Part shown: in pieces, positions 12,001-23,854 of the stretch | Layout: the number at the start of each line of letters is the position of its first letter | Position numbering within the stretch: position 1 is the first letter of the stretch | NCBI GenBank assembly: GCA_020536535.1 | Contig: JAHLWZ010000290.1 | Coordinates: forward strand, 1-59,247 | DNA length: 59,247 nt | Direction of reading: 5' to 3' | DNA from: Pelomyxa schiedti | Taxonomy: Eukaryota > Protista > Evosea | Made by a program: the position numbers and the translations under genes | The notes under the pieces: model-generated | Seen by the model: only the letters and a program-made list of their open reading frames with translations | Database searches by the model: none | What the model was told of the DNA's origin: nothing

Positions 12001-14711
12001 AGGAAAAGTGCAAACCCACCTGCTATGTGCAGTGCAGTATTCCCAAAATCATTCTTGGAATCAATTATTTTCTTCGCCCCAGCAACTTTGGCTAGGACTT
12101 TAACAACTTCTTGGTTATCTGAAGGAGTGTGAAACAAGGTATTTCTCCCAATGTGTGACCTTTTTCATGGACTGCAACATGAAGAGGGTTCTGCCCACCA
12201 GAATTTGAGATCGTAACATCGGCGCCATGATCCAAAAGTAACCGAACCTAAAAACTTGAGATAGAGGAGAACATGGAAAAGCTACCATCTCACAGTCACA
12301 GTTAGCAGAGGCAACGTGAAGAGGTGTAGAACGTGTGACACTCTTTTCCGCGTTGGTAAAATACAAGAAGGCATTATTGTACCGGTAAATTTGGGTTGGC
12401 ACCAGCTTTTAGAAGGAGCTTAACCTGATTCATATTTTTATTTTCTGCTGCAACATGGAGTGCACTATGACATATTAAAAAGAAAAGAAAAGAATATTAT
12501 GACTGAACGTGGACTCAGAGCCAAAATCCAGTATTTGCTTTGAAAAACTTGCGTTTAGAAGAGATTCCATCAGTTCATCATTACGGGTTTGGGCCGCTGA
12601 AGAGGCATAAAACCAAATCCTTTCATTTTCACATCTTAAAAGCTAACCTATGTGTAAAACCGTATTGGAACCACGGCTGAACATATTAGCCAATACTGCA
12701 ACATCTGCAAGTAGTTAGTATTTCCCTTGCTTGGGATTAGACGGACCAAGTGATAAAAAGGACTGCACAGATTCTAGTTTGCCCGAGGTGCATGCTTGGG
12801 AAAATGCTCGTGCCAGATTTGGGTCGGGTGTTTTTGATATGCTTGCCTATTGGATGTTAGTTGGGACGTCTTATTCTTTTTTAACATACTGTAAATAGAT
12901 TAATAGTATCTCTGTTGCCACTTCGGGCAGCTACTTCAACAGCCTTAATGAAGGTGAATGTCACAAGGACTTTGGATAACAACATACAGTAGCGCCATTC
13001 TCGTTTGCGAAAGGATTAGCCCCTGAATCTAGTAATAGCTTGGCAACACTTGCATGACCGCCTGCACAAGCTAGTCCAAGGGCACTAGATCTATTTTAGA
13101 TGTTTGAAATAATGCACCAGGCAAGTCGTAGACCTCTGTGGGCCAGAGGCATTTGAATTTGTTGCCACCATTGTGGCTCCATAAGATAATAACAGTTTCG
13201 TAAGTGGAGCATTTCTTAAGGGTGTTACTAACTGGATCACAAAGTAATAAGTTCTACCCCTTGATTGCTGCAACATGCAAAGGTGTTTGGCCATTTCTGC
13301 GTGTATTTATGGCATTTGGATTGCCTCCTAAACCTAGTATTAGTACGGCAACTTGTTCACTTCCACGTAATGCTGCAATATGCAGAGGGGTCTATGGAGA
13401 TATTAGTTATTACTCATGAACTCTGAGGGAAGAACCTGTTGATGAAAGTTGTAGACAGAGCAATCTAATTTGCCTTCTTTTATCAGCCAGGAAGCAATTT
13501 CTGGACGATCAAACCAGGCAGCTACATGCAGTGGCGTCCACTTTCCCGACCAAGGGAAAGTTTTGCTTGGAGCTGCAGTCAGGGTGGCAAACTGTGCTAC
13601 TGAGGTGGCTCCAACTATGCGCTGGAGGTCACTAAGCTTTCCTATGATGACGTCAACAGGGCATCCACAGTTACAAGACACTACCTTTCTCAATGGAGGA
13701 AAAGAATCTCGATACAACAGCTGGTGCCAAGCTTGAAGATGACTTGAATTCAGTTAAATCGGTTGGTGGTGGTGTCACCGGGCGTGATGATGTGGGTGTT
13801 GTTACAACTGGAGTCGAATCTGGCTGCACTGTTGGCGTGGATGGAGGTGTTACTGGTCTCACAGGTAAGTCCACTTGCTGCTGTTGAGGTGGTAGTGGTG
13901 GCGTTGTTACAGGTGGGGGTGTGCTTGGCTTTGATGGAGGGGTGATTTGAGTAGTAGTAGTACATGAAACCGTTGGTGCTGGAAGCACCTTAACGGATGG
14001 GGAAGGTGCAGAAGCGGTAGTAGTTTGTTGTTGCTGCAAAACTGGCTGCGAAGCTGGAATGGGGGGTAATGGCACAGGTGTTTTATTTGATTTGGAGGCC
14101 AACATAGACCAAGAACAAGATGGCTTTGGAACCACAGGCTCAACAGGAGGCAATGAACTTGGCAGGGGTGTTGGTTCCACAACCACAATGGCAACAGAAA
14201 CAGAAGCAGAAGTAGAAGAAGTGGTAATTGTGGAGGATACAACATCAGAACCGATCGTCCCAGATTCTGCAGCACTGATCAGTGTTTTGCGTTTCCCATA
14301 ACGCGATGCCGACCCCAAGCTGGGTGTCCCTGTTTTTTTTGCCGAGGACACTGTAGTTGTCAGTGTAATTCCCTCGTCACGAGACGGTAATGATAGCGGG
14401 AGAGCATTTTCCTTGGGCGTTTGCGTGGGACACGGGTGTCCCACGTCTTTGGGCTCAGAAGCGCACACATTGGGCTGCGAAATTTGTTGCCGAGGATGTT
14501 GGCGTCGAGGAAATTGATGTGGGGGCTGAGGGATTGTGGGGTCGAACAAAACTTTGCTTGGCGACACCGCTCTGGGTCGTCGTGGTACTTTTCGGGCTGC
14601 ATTCGTCCCGACACTTTTTGAGGGTGCAGGAGCTGATGAGGGGGCAGGCCGATTGCCTAAGGAGGCGGACAGGAAGGGGTTACTTTGTGTGAGGGTGCTG
14701 AAGAACTGCAT
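5360..14711 (-). CDS. TEP1-like STAND protein: Pro/Ser/Thr-rich N-terminus, ankyrin repeats, DUF4062, NACHT NTPase, WD40 repeats, and a probable C-terminal EMAP II/Arc1p-type tRNA-binding OB domain
   Basis: Ankyrin motifs (WTPLHVAA, TPLHVAS, APLHLAS) at 13550-11750. DUF4062 motifs LFLSSTFVDMNTERD...DLRWGITEE...FVGLLGERYGWIP at 11375-10960. P-loop VVVGSPGSGKSSLL near 10280-10320. GNPLYL and FFHQQL motifs. Many GH..WD-type repeats at 8600-6100. DFSKLELRIGKIL...LYMEDVDLG...RQIVSAL...DPPAGCTVGDRV at 6014-5360. Confidence 0.8.
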
Positions 14712-15051
14712 CGTCCCTTGGGTAGAAGTGATGATAAGGGTTTTTTCAACTTTTGTTTCGGGGAGCTCCACTCAAACGGTGAGAAAGTATAAAAATGAAC
14801 GGGTTTGAGTTTGAAACACGGCTGGTGACATTCCGGTACACGAACGGAAATGCACACAGATACACGTGTCTGATGGATCTGCTATGTGGAGAAACCAACT
14901 TCTGGCAGTTTGTTCCTTACATCAATTTCTGCCGCCAGAATCAAAAGACGAGGAACCGAGGAACCCTCAGGTTTCAGCTGTTACAGGAACGTTAGAAGCA
15001 ATCACTTCTCCGGAAGACCACTCCACAGTTCATACAACATAGTCAACTGAC

Positions 15052-15691
15052 ATGGGGACCGTATTGGTCAAGTTATGGCGGTTTGAGTTCACAAGGAAGA
15101 ACATGAAAATAGTGGTGCTGGGTCTGAATGGCGCTGGAAAGACAACAATATTGAGGCAATTGCAGATGGGCGAAATAGCGACCACTACTCATGGAGGTGG
15201 TTTCGAGGTGGAGACCGTTGCATTCAGGAGCCTCACCTTCAACGCGTGGGATGTTAGTAACGAAAATGTGACAATGCTCTGGAGACAGGTACTACCTTTC
15301 CCTCAACAGAGACTACAATGTAATGCCGCAATACATGAACACACAGAATAAGATATCAATCAAATGCTAATTTGCTAACCACACCTGGCAGTATTTCCAG
15401 AACACACAAGGAATCATATTCGTAGTTGACACGACGGATCGTCCGCGGATCACAGAGGCCTGCGACGCACTCCGCAGAATTCTCGCCGAAGACGGTCTCC
15501 GCAACGCCGGGCTTCTGATTTTCGCCAACAAGCAAGATATGGCCAATGTAATGAGTGTGGCTGAGATCACCCAAAAGCTCGACCTTAACTCCCTGAGGAA
15601 CCGAAGGTGGTTCGTTCAGGACTCATGTGCTATTTCTGGCGACGGGCTCTACGCGGGCCTCGACTGGCTCTCCCATAATCTCGGGGACTAG
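15052..15691 (+). CDS. Divergent ADP-ribosylation factor (Arf family) small GTPase, one intron 15289-15391
   Basis: MG start, [10 protein letters not shown]-loop, [38 protein letters not shown]. Switch I/II motifs are degenerate. Confidence 0.9.
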
Positions 15692-15729
15692 TTGTACCCT
15701 TCACTACTACTACTACTCCGTGCCCCAGC

Positions 15730-17203
15730 ATGCCACATCACCTAATTTATGTCCGTTCGTTGTACAAAAAAAAATAAAAACCAAAGCACAAACGAGAAGA
15801 AGAGAGGGCAATGTTTGTAGTAGGGACGTGGTCGTGTGTGGTTTGGTGCCTCACATTGGGATCTGCTTTTGTGTTAAGTGTACGTGCCTCTTGTTGGTGG
15901 GGTTTTTTTTCTCCCTTTTCCTGAGGTTGTTTCATTAACAGCCCCCTTTTTTTTTTTTGACATAACACAGTTGTACATGTGGCCTGGAGCTTTGCATGCG
16001 GACAGGGATGCTCCACAGGAAATTAAAAAACGGCTCATCAGTGTATCAATAGTATCTGTGGCTTCCTTGTGTGGCTTCTACTTGTTTTGGATTTACCCAG
16101 CTTCTGGAAAAATGGTGCCTCTATTGTCTTTTGTTTTCCTTTTTTTTTGTTGGTTTTACTCCTTTTTATGAACCGTTCTCGTTTCTAAGCTCCCATTGCG
16201 TTCTTTTAGTATGTCTTTCAATAAACCATTTGTCACAGTCTACAGGCTTTTGGCAGTTTATAGGCCTGTGGCCAAATTCACCTTGGCTTGGTATTATTGT
16301 CCCAACAGCCCTTACCGTGTTCCTATTCTTTGGCCCCCTGGTGCTCTCACTTATGTCTCCCGACATTTGTGGAGTACCGTATAGGTGTAAGCTGGGACAA
16401 AGGTTTCAAGATAAGTTGCGGGGATGGCTATATGCACTCCGTTTGCAACTGGAGTATGAAGCCACCAATATTATATCTTGGCGTACTTTTGTTATGGTTT
16501 ATACCATTTTCATTCCCATTACATGTAACGCACTTCTTCCAAGGGACCCCTCACGGAAGAAATTGTTTTCCGTGGCTGTATGATTCCCATTTTGTGTGCT
16601 TCAGGCCTTTCTATTCAGGCTGCGTGCTTCATGTCACCACTGGTTTTTGGACTTGGTGCGTTCAGCCTTACACCAGCATTAGTCTATAAAACTCTTCACA
16701 AATCCTAAAACCCTTTTTATAGCTCATGTGCACCATGGAATACAAAGGGTTGTAACAAAAAAGGCACCAATTCTGGAGGTTATTCTGGGTACAAGTATGC
16801 AAAAAGAACTTTTCCTCAGATCGGTAACTGTACTTTTTAGTTGTTCAGTTGACTTACACCACTATTTTTGGTGCATACACGTCATTTATTCTTATTCGCA
16901 CAGGTACCCTCTACTACCCTCAACCACTCATGTAACAGGATACAGGGAATCTCTATGCCTGTATATTGGCGCACTCATTTTGTAACGTTATGGGTCTTCC
17001 ACCATTTCAAGAAGCAATTGAACATAAATACCGATTTTGTGTGTTATCTTGTTCCCTACTAAACTCTGGAGTAACACTTTCCAGTGATTTGTACATCTTT
17101 TGTTATTGGGCTTGTTGGATTCTTCTTGCTGCTATTCCCACTGACCAACCCACTGTGGTACAGCTCCGTCTTTGTAGAATTGTTGGAAGGAAGACCAATA
17201 TAA
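15730..17203 (+). CDS. RCE1: CAAX prenyl protease 2 (Rce1/CPBP family), multi-exon
   Basis: Motifs RD.P.EIKKR, GPLTEEIVFRG, FGL.HVHH, Q..YTTIFG.Y, HSFCN.MGLP. Several hydrophobic segments. The start codon is tentative. Confidence 0.88.
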
Positions 17204-17342
17204 ACAAACAAAAAAAAAAGAGAAGTTCACTCAAGTTGTTTGTTGTTTGTATTATTATTGCCACACACACAAAACAAATACTCCCATCCCAAACTGCCTT
17301 CCCCTCCCTCTCCCTCCCATAAGTTCCCCCCAGGCCTCTCAC

Positions 17343-20300
17343 TCAGTCGCTAGCATATCCCCCATCATCGCTGCTCTCGCCCCCATCACCTCCCCCAGTA
17401 AACGGCCCAGTCTCCTCCGTGCCGGGCTCAGCCTCCGGCTCTGGCTCGGGCTCCTCCACCTTGGGTGTCTTTGGCTTGGTGGTGGGTATGACGAGCCTAG
17501 GGGGAGGCGGCGGCGGGGCCGGCTCGTGCTCCCTGGGGGCCAGCGGGGGTGGCGCCCGCAGGGTCCCGGGGGTGCTCCGCAGCGTGCCCCCGGAGGCCGC
17601 GGTGGACACAGCGGCGACGGTGGCGGTCACCGCCGCGGTGTCGTTGATGCTAAGGGCGGTGTTCTGCCCCTGCAGGTGCACCGGCATGGGCGGGAACGGC
17701 AGAATTTCCATGGGCGTAGGGCAGCTGCGCCAGTGGCGGGGCTTCCCGGTGTGCCAGAATCCTGTTCCGTGCGTGATAGGTTAGAGCTCTTGGGGGTTGA
17801 ATTTGGGTTTTTAGGGTTTTGGCCACTTACCAACTTCTTGAGGCGAGTTTCGCTGAAGGGCTCGGTGGATGGATTCTAGTACCATGGCTAGTCTTTCTTT
17901 AGACTTTCCTTGGAGTGCCGCCAGCTCTCTCTGGGCATCTTCACTGTAGTTCATTACGCCTACTGTTTTGTTGTGGATAAAGGCGCTGCTCAATGCCTGT
18001 CATTTTGGTTGGTTGAATTGGATGAACGCAAGAGAAATACAGTGAATCCATTGGTCTTGGTTAAGTTTTTGTCCATATCAAGGAACTGCAACCGACGATT
18101 GTGTGTAAGCATGTTAGCAACAGCAGCAGCACCGGAGTCACCCATCTGAAAAGATTGAGGGGATTGTACGGAAATATTACCAAGTACATTATTGTTGGAT
18201 ATATCAATGGATGTAAGGGAGACAGTATCATTCCAAGAATCAAAGAAGGGTATCAATACACGTTTGCCTGGATAATGGTGAGTTTAGGAAAATTCCAATG
18301 GAGGGTAAAAACCAAAGCAGGAGCCAAGTTTCAAGGTTGTAATAGTAGGGCATGACTGAAGGAGGCCTGAAAGGGCCTGGATAATGGGTCCTTGTGGTCC
18401 ACTCCGGCTGAGTGTGTCACTCAGGTTCAGAGTATGAAGCATGTTAAGTTTACCTACTGTCTAGAAGATTATGAGAAAACATAAACTGAAACGTGGTACA
18501 ACCTGGACCATCTCTATCCAGGTAGCATCTTTTGTTTTAATACCGGTTAAATCTAAAGAAGCTATCTTAGATGCGGCTTGCACAAGGTCTTTGTGAATCT
18601 GCATCTGTGCAAATGTAAAAATCTAGTTTGGTACCGTTGTGTGCGCACCTTCAGCTCAGTATTCTCGGAGAAATTGACTGTGCAATTAGACGCTTTGGGA
18701 TTACGGGAGAGAGCAGTGAATAGCGATTTGGCTCCAGCGTCATACGAGATACCACAGCCAGAAAGGTTCAAGTTTGTGATAGAAGGAGAAACCTAATGGA
18801 GGTCAGTGATTCCACAGTGTAACAGAGGCAGGACAGTGTTACCTCCAAGAAAGCAGAGAGTACAAAAGTTGAGTTACCATCTACCAATCTATTATTTGAG
18901 ATATCCTGGAACAATAATAAGTGAAAAATAGGACTCACTAACAACACACAAGTTCTGCAATTTCGGTCATGTGCTTTAGTGATTGAAGGACATTGAGCGA
19001 CAAAGTGCATCCAGAAAGTAACAAATGTCTAACACTGGTGAGTAATTCTGAATTCTTACGAGCCATATCAAACCTTATTTTGGCATAGACCTTCAGAGCA
19101 AAGAACCACCTCTCCAATTCCAGTGACCCAGGAAGTTCAAACTTGTTGTTTGATAAATTAAGAACCTGCAGAGACAACGACACGGATGGATTTTCAATAA
19201 AGGCCGAGAAAATTAACTGTATTGCTCGGGGCTGAAGGGAGTCAGAAAATACGGATGAAGGAGGGAACAATGCAACTTGCATGGAACAATTGGATAGGTC
19301 CAATTCAATCAATGGATGTCGATAGCTGTGAAATACTTTGGCCAATTCCAGGGCCGCTTTGGGGGAAATGTTGTTTCCAGACAAATCCAAAATTTGTACT
19401 GCATGGAGTGAGTTCTGTCAATTGTTAAATGGTTACAATCAGAAGGGGCTAACTTTTTTAAGTGCCTCTGCAACTTCAATAATTTGTTGTTCTGAAGCTC
19501 CTATGTCAGAAAGTACAACTTTGGTCAACGTGACATTCGTTTGTAGTACATAGGCAACCATAGACATTACTGCTGGTTGTGGAGTATCAGTGCAGATCAC
19601 ACTGTAGGTAGTCTGTGAATTACAGAAATAATACTGGAACGGGATAAAAACCTTCTGAAGTGAGAATCATATCGCAGAGAGGCCACAAGGGCTCTCAGTT
19701 CCAGAAGAGGTGCTTTGTCAGCATCATCTTCAATTACAGGGATTTGAGTTATATCCAACTCGGTAACATTGTTATCTATCAGGTCACGCAAATAGAAAAC
19801 AACTTCACTGTTGTATTGTTTCAGATAAGAAAGAACAACGTATCATAAAGAATACCGATTTGCGAGCACTCCATAAAAAGAACATTGTCCATAGTAATTA
19901 TTGATAAACTTGGTTGCAGGATCAGCTTCATAAGGATCCACTGCAACAGCCCTAAGGAAGGATCAGAGATTCACAGTAGATAAGTTACCATACCCACTAT
20001 CTTCCAGTTGGAAGTATGTGGCAGGGAATCCACTTGCAATTATTGCAAAGGACTCCCTGATGCCCTTAATCATGGCACCAGCAGTGGAACATGAGACACT
20101 GAATTTATTCGACTTGGAGGGCGATTTATAGGAAATTGTCACCTTGTATCAATTAGGTCATAAAAAAAAAAGGTTACAAATTTGAAACAAACTTGGTCGT
20201 TGCTTCGATTAAGGGACTCCAAATCATACAAGTGGAATTCCCTGACCTGAATGTGCCAAGTTTATTTTAATTGAATGGGAAAGTATCTCAAACCATCTTC

Positions 20301-20570
20301 AATTTCATCTTCTTTTCTTTGAGGAAAACCCAGATTCGGTACTTGCCAACAACCAAGAGAAGCTGGAAATCCTTCTTTTTCTTTTCTTGCCTCTCCACAC
20401 AATTATGCACGCTTTGGACTTCTTCGCCGTACGGAGACCATTTGCTGATGTGAGGGTCCGCTTGTGCTATGTCTGTTTGGGTTTTGTTTGTTTTGTTTCC
20501 CTTGCGTTAGTACTTGTGGGTGCGTAAACTTGGCGGGGTTACTTTTGTACTGTTCTGTTTCGTCCGACAT
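17343..20570 (-). CDS. CARMIL-like protein: N-terminal PH-like domain, RNI-like leucine-rich repeats, Pro-rich/acidic tail
   Basis: LVVGKYRIWVF N-terminus. LRRs (LDLSGNNI, LDLSNCSM, LNLSNNKF, IDISNN..GDSGA..VANML..NRRL..LDMDKN). Tail PPPPPPPR...EPEPEPEAEP...GESSDDGGYASD. Confidence 0.7.
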
Positions 20571-20845
20571 CTCCGCCGGTTGTGTGGTTGTTCGTTGTCT
20601 TTTATTTTAAGGGATGTGTCGATCCGCGTCCGCCGATCAGATTTAATTTTTCTTGATTGTCGGTTGAGATCCGGCACACGTTACGTGACAACAAACGTCA
20701 TGTGCGTGGGGTGAAACGGCGACCTCCGGTTTGGTAGACATTCGTGTCGGTGTGAATAGACGCCGTGCAAACAATGTTATGGGCCTGGCTCCCTGTTATT
20801 GTTCGTTTAGTTCCTAGTTTGCAAATAGATGACTCGCGAACCCAC

Positions 20846-21906
20846 TTAAGTTCGCACAGCTTGGGTGTGTTGGGACAGTTTTTGTGCGCTCAGCAGGAAG
20901 CAGGATACCTGTCTTTTTATGCTATTTGCTGGAGTGAGGTCAAACACTGAGGCTTCTCTACCAGTGAACGGGTCCCTGTGGTGCCTTGTCAACCACCTTA
21001 ATTGGACTGTTAGGCATGCTAACAAAAACGAAGACTTAACATACTCTGTTATAGGTACGCGACTGAACACATTGCCATGAAGGAATACAGGGTCATGTAA
21101 GATGTCCTGAGAAACGGGGCTATAAAGAGTTAGTTAGCAGCATTCCGGCAGGCTCGCTCTAACCAAAGAATATCTGACGGAACATCTGGTATAAATACAA
21201 TGGGCTTCTTCGTTTCTTCTCTCTTAGCCTTTTCATAGGCGAGAAAGGGATTTGGAATCCGCCTTGCAAACTTTCTTAGTAGGTTTGTTTATTGTACAAA
21301 CTGTTATTAAGAAACCATAGGCCTCATAGAACTTGCTATTTGACTATTATATTGTCAAAGAAGAGGAGGATACACTTCGAGCTAGTATATGCAACTTATA
21401 GAACACCCGAGACCAGAAATCCAACACTCTTGTGCTCCATGGGGATCTCCAGAACAATATACTTCCGCATGTTGCTAGTGTTGGTAACGCCACGCCCAAG
21501 CCATCTTCTAGGCCCACATTCCCACTCAAATACGAACGCATCAAGTTCACCGTCGCAATAGCAGATGCCAGTACAATCGAGAGGCCTATAGAGTCCACCC
21601 TGCGCCTCGAAGTCTCCGATTGACCACATTTGGATCTTCTCCTCCTTCCACATGCCCTAAATACTTCGGCGATAGTCACAGCGCCACACAAGACCAATGC
21701 ACTCTTCCACTCTGTTGTAGCCCGTTGTGCAGATCCAGTGGGGATCAGATTCCGCTGCAGCTTTGTTGCCGTATTACTGAGTACCGGGCATGATACCAAC
21801 CCAAATCTCTGCTGTCCTGTGATACTGCCCATCTCCTATTTCTTTCGTTTTAATGAGATTTCCGTTATTTCCTGTTTGACACCTTGGCACTTTGAAAGGT
21901 TGGCAT
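20846..21906 (-). CDS. U-box E3 ubiquitin ligase with hydrophobic N-terminal segments
   Basis: Spliced VPSDILCPVSQDILHDPVFLHGNVFSRVPITEWLTRHHRDPFTGRE...LTPANSIK matches the U-box consensus. Gene ends are approximate. Confidence 0.78.
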
Positions 21907-22015
21907 CTTGGCACCTGTAATCCCCGGATGTCTGAAAAAAAACACCACAAAGCAACACTAAAAAGAGAAAAGATGTTTGTGTTCTTTTCCAGATCTCCAT
22001 TTTATTCCAAATGCG

Positions 22016-23616
22016 ATGGGACAACGTTTAACTAGACGGGATGCACTGTTACAGGAGTATGACGGGTACACGCCAACACAGCTGAATGCCGTTCGCGAGG
22101 AAGCAGTGGCTGCAATAACCAAAGAGATATGCCGCCAAAGAGCAGAGTATCAACAACAGGCACCTCATCCAAATCTTCTTTCTGTTTTGTTAGTTTATTG
22201 TAGGCTTCAACTGAGCTCGCGACTGCACTTCACAGTGCGGTGGTTGAAGATATGAAATACGACCTAAGCCACTTGCCTGGAGCGCACCCCGGGAAGAAAC
22301 TTATTGAGCCATTCATAGAACGGGTGAGGATTAGGTTAGCAGCAGTAAAGAGCGGCCGAGAATCTTTCCAAGAGCAAGTATGCTTTCCTCTGTGAAGTTA
22401 ATCTTTTCACGAAGTATGTATTAGATTAACCTGGAAGAGCCTTTGCTGGATAAATACAAGAAATTTTTTTCGGCTTGTGCTGCAGTTACACCTCCAATGC
22501 GATTTTTTCTCTTCTTTACACTTTGTTAGGTAGCTTTGATTTCAGCTCTCACTTCAACTCTGAAATTTGTAGTAAGCTTCTGCTATAATCATAGCTGGTC
22601 AGATGGTTTGTAACTCATCTGCAACTATTCCGCCCAACTACATTATGTAAGAGGATTTTTGGGAGGACCTCACAGTCGGAATCTTACTCCACCTGGGAGT
22701 AGGTGCTGTAAACGGATCTATTGGGGTGGCCCTCACTTGTATGCAGATTTTTTTGGGGTTTCCGCTGTTTTCACGAATTTCTGCAGACATTGTCGAGCAA
22801 ATTCCCAAGATAATTCCTATCCTCAATAAAGGCGTTGGTGCAACATTCACACCATCGGTCTGTACTGCTCTTGTATCATTCCTTTCCAGTACTCTGTTTT
22901 ACTTGATTGTCCACGTGTGGTGGTTCCACAACCAAATGGAGAAGAAGACTCTAATTCGAAACGGTATCCTGGCACTTGTTGACAGTTTTGGCACAGCAGC
23001 ACTGGCCCCATTGGGCCCCCTTGGTAAAAAATTAACTGTAATTTCGTGAAAGATTCCAACCTGGAGCAAAAGCAATTCCGGCATTTATCGTCATATCGCT
23101 GCTTGCTACAATGGTATTGGATCATTACTTCATCGAGTCTCCAGAGGCGATCCAGAACAGAGTTATCATAAAACTGCTTGGTGAGTTCAACTTACAGTTC
23201 CTCTGTTAATGCATAAACAGGTCCTCAGGCAAATGAAAGGGAAGAGCAGCACGAAGAGTGGATGAAACAATTCTTATGGTATTTTGCTGATACTAGTCCT
23301 CAATTAATTACAACCAGTTGTATTGCAATGGACATTCCACGTAATCCAGTATTCTTACATGGACACCTATACGACTCTTCTCTTCTAACAATTTGGCTCA
23401 ATAAAAATCACAGTGGTATCAATTAAATGGAGAGAATCTTGCAAGACTAATAAAAACGCAAAAGATCCAATGACACGACTGCCAGCTTCAGTAGCAGACC
23501 TAATACAAAGTGAGGAAGCAAGCCTAGCATGTGACAAGTGGTACGCATATTGTCAGATTCGTGAACGTCGCTTTGCTGCCCTACGTGCATTTGCTTTCCA
23601 TACATGTACATTCTAA
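22016..23616 (+). CDS. Hypothetical multi-pass membrane protein, multi-exon
   Basis: Chain of open exons separated by short GT-AG introns. Hydrophobic stretches at 22670-23120. Transcribed divergently from the U-box gene. Confidence 0.55.
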
Positions 23617-23854
23617 GTGTAAACCTACCAAAGAAGTGAGTGCTTTAAAATAGTATTCATGTCTCCTACATCCGGAAGAATTTGGTGACCCCGCCAACAT
23701 TTTGGGTCTGCAGTTGGTTTTTTTGGTTTTCTGAGCTGACGTTTTGATTCCCAACCTGTAAATCACGATTAATTGGAAAAAGCGGGAAAAACCAAACAAA
23801 GAGTGAAGGTGAAGTGGATAGACGACGCGTGCGTACTAAAGTCGAAGTTTAGGC

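Noticed and set aside
13671-13720. Apparent frameshift or recoding between consecutive ORFs here and throughout the window
   Set aside because: Explained by 30-60-nt GT-AG introns (here 31 nt). No evidence for an alternative genetic code or programmed frameshifting.
17247-17879. Long antisense or alternate-frame ORFs over GC-rich exons (also 30487-31038, 32594-33289, 52477-52974)
   Set aside because: Shadow ORFs of real genes, with no motifs of their own.
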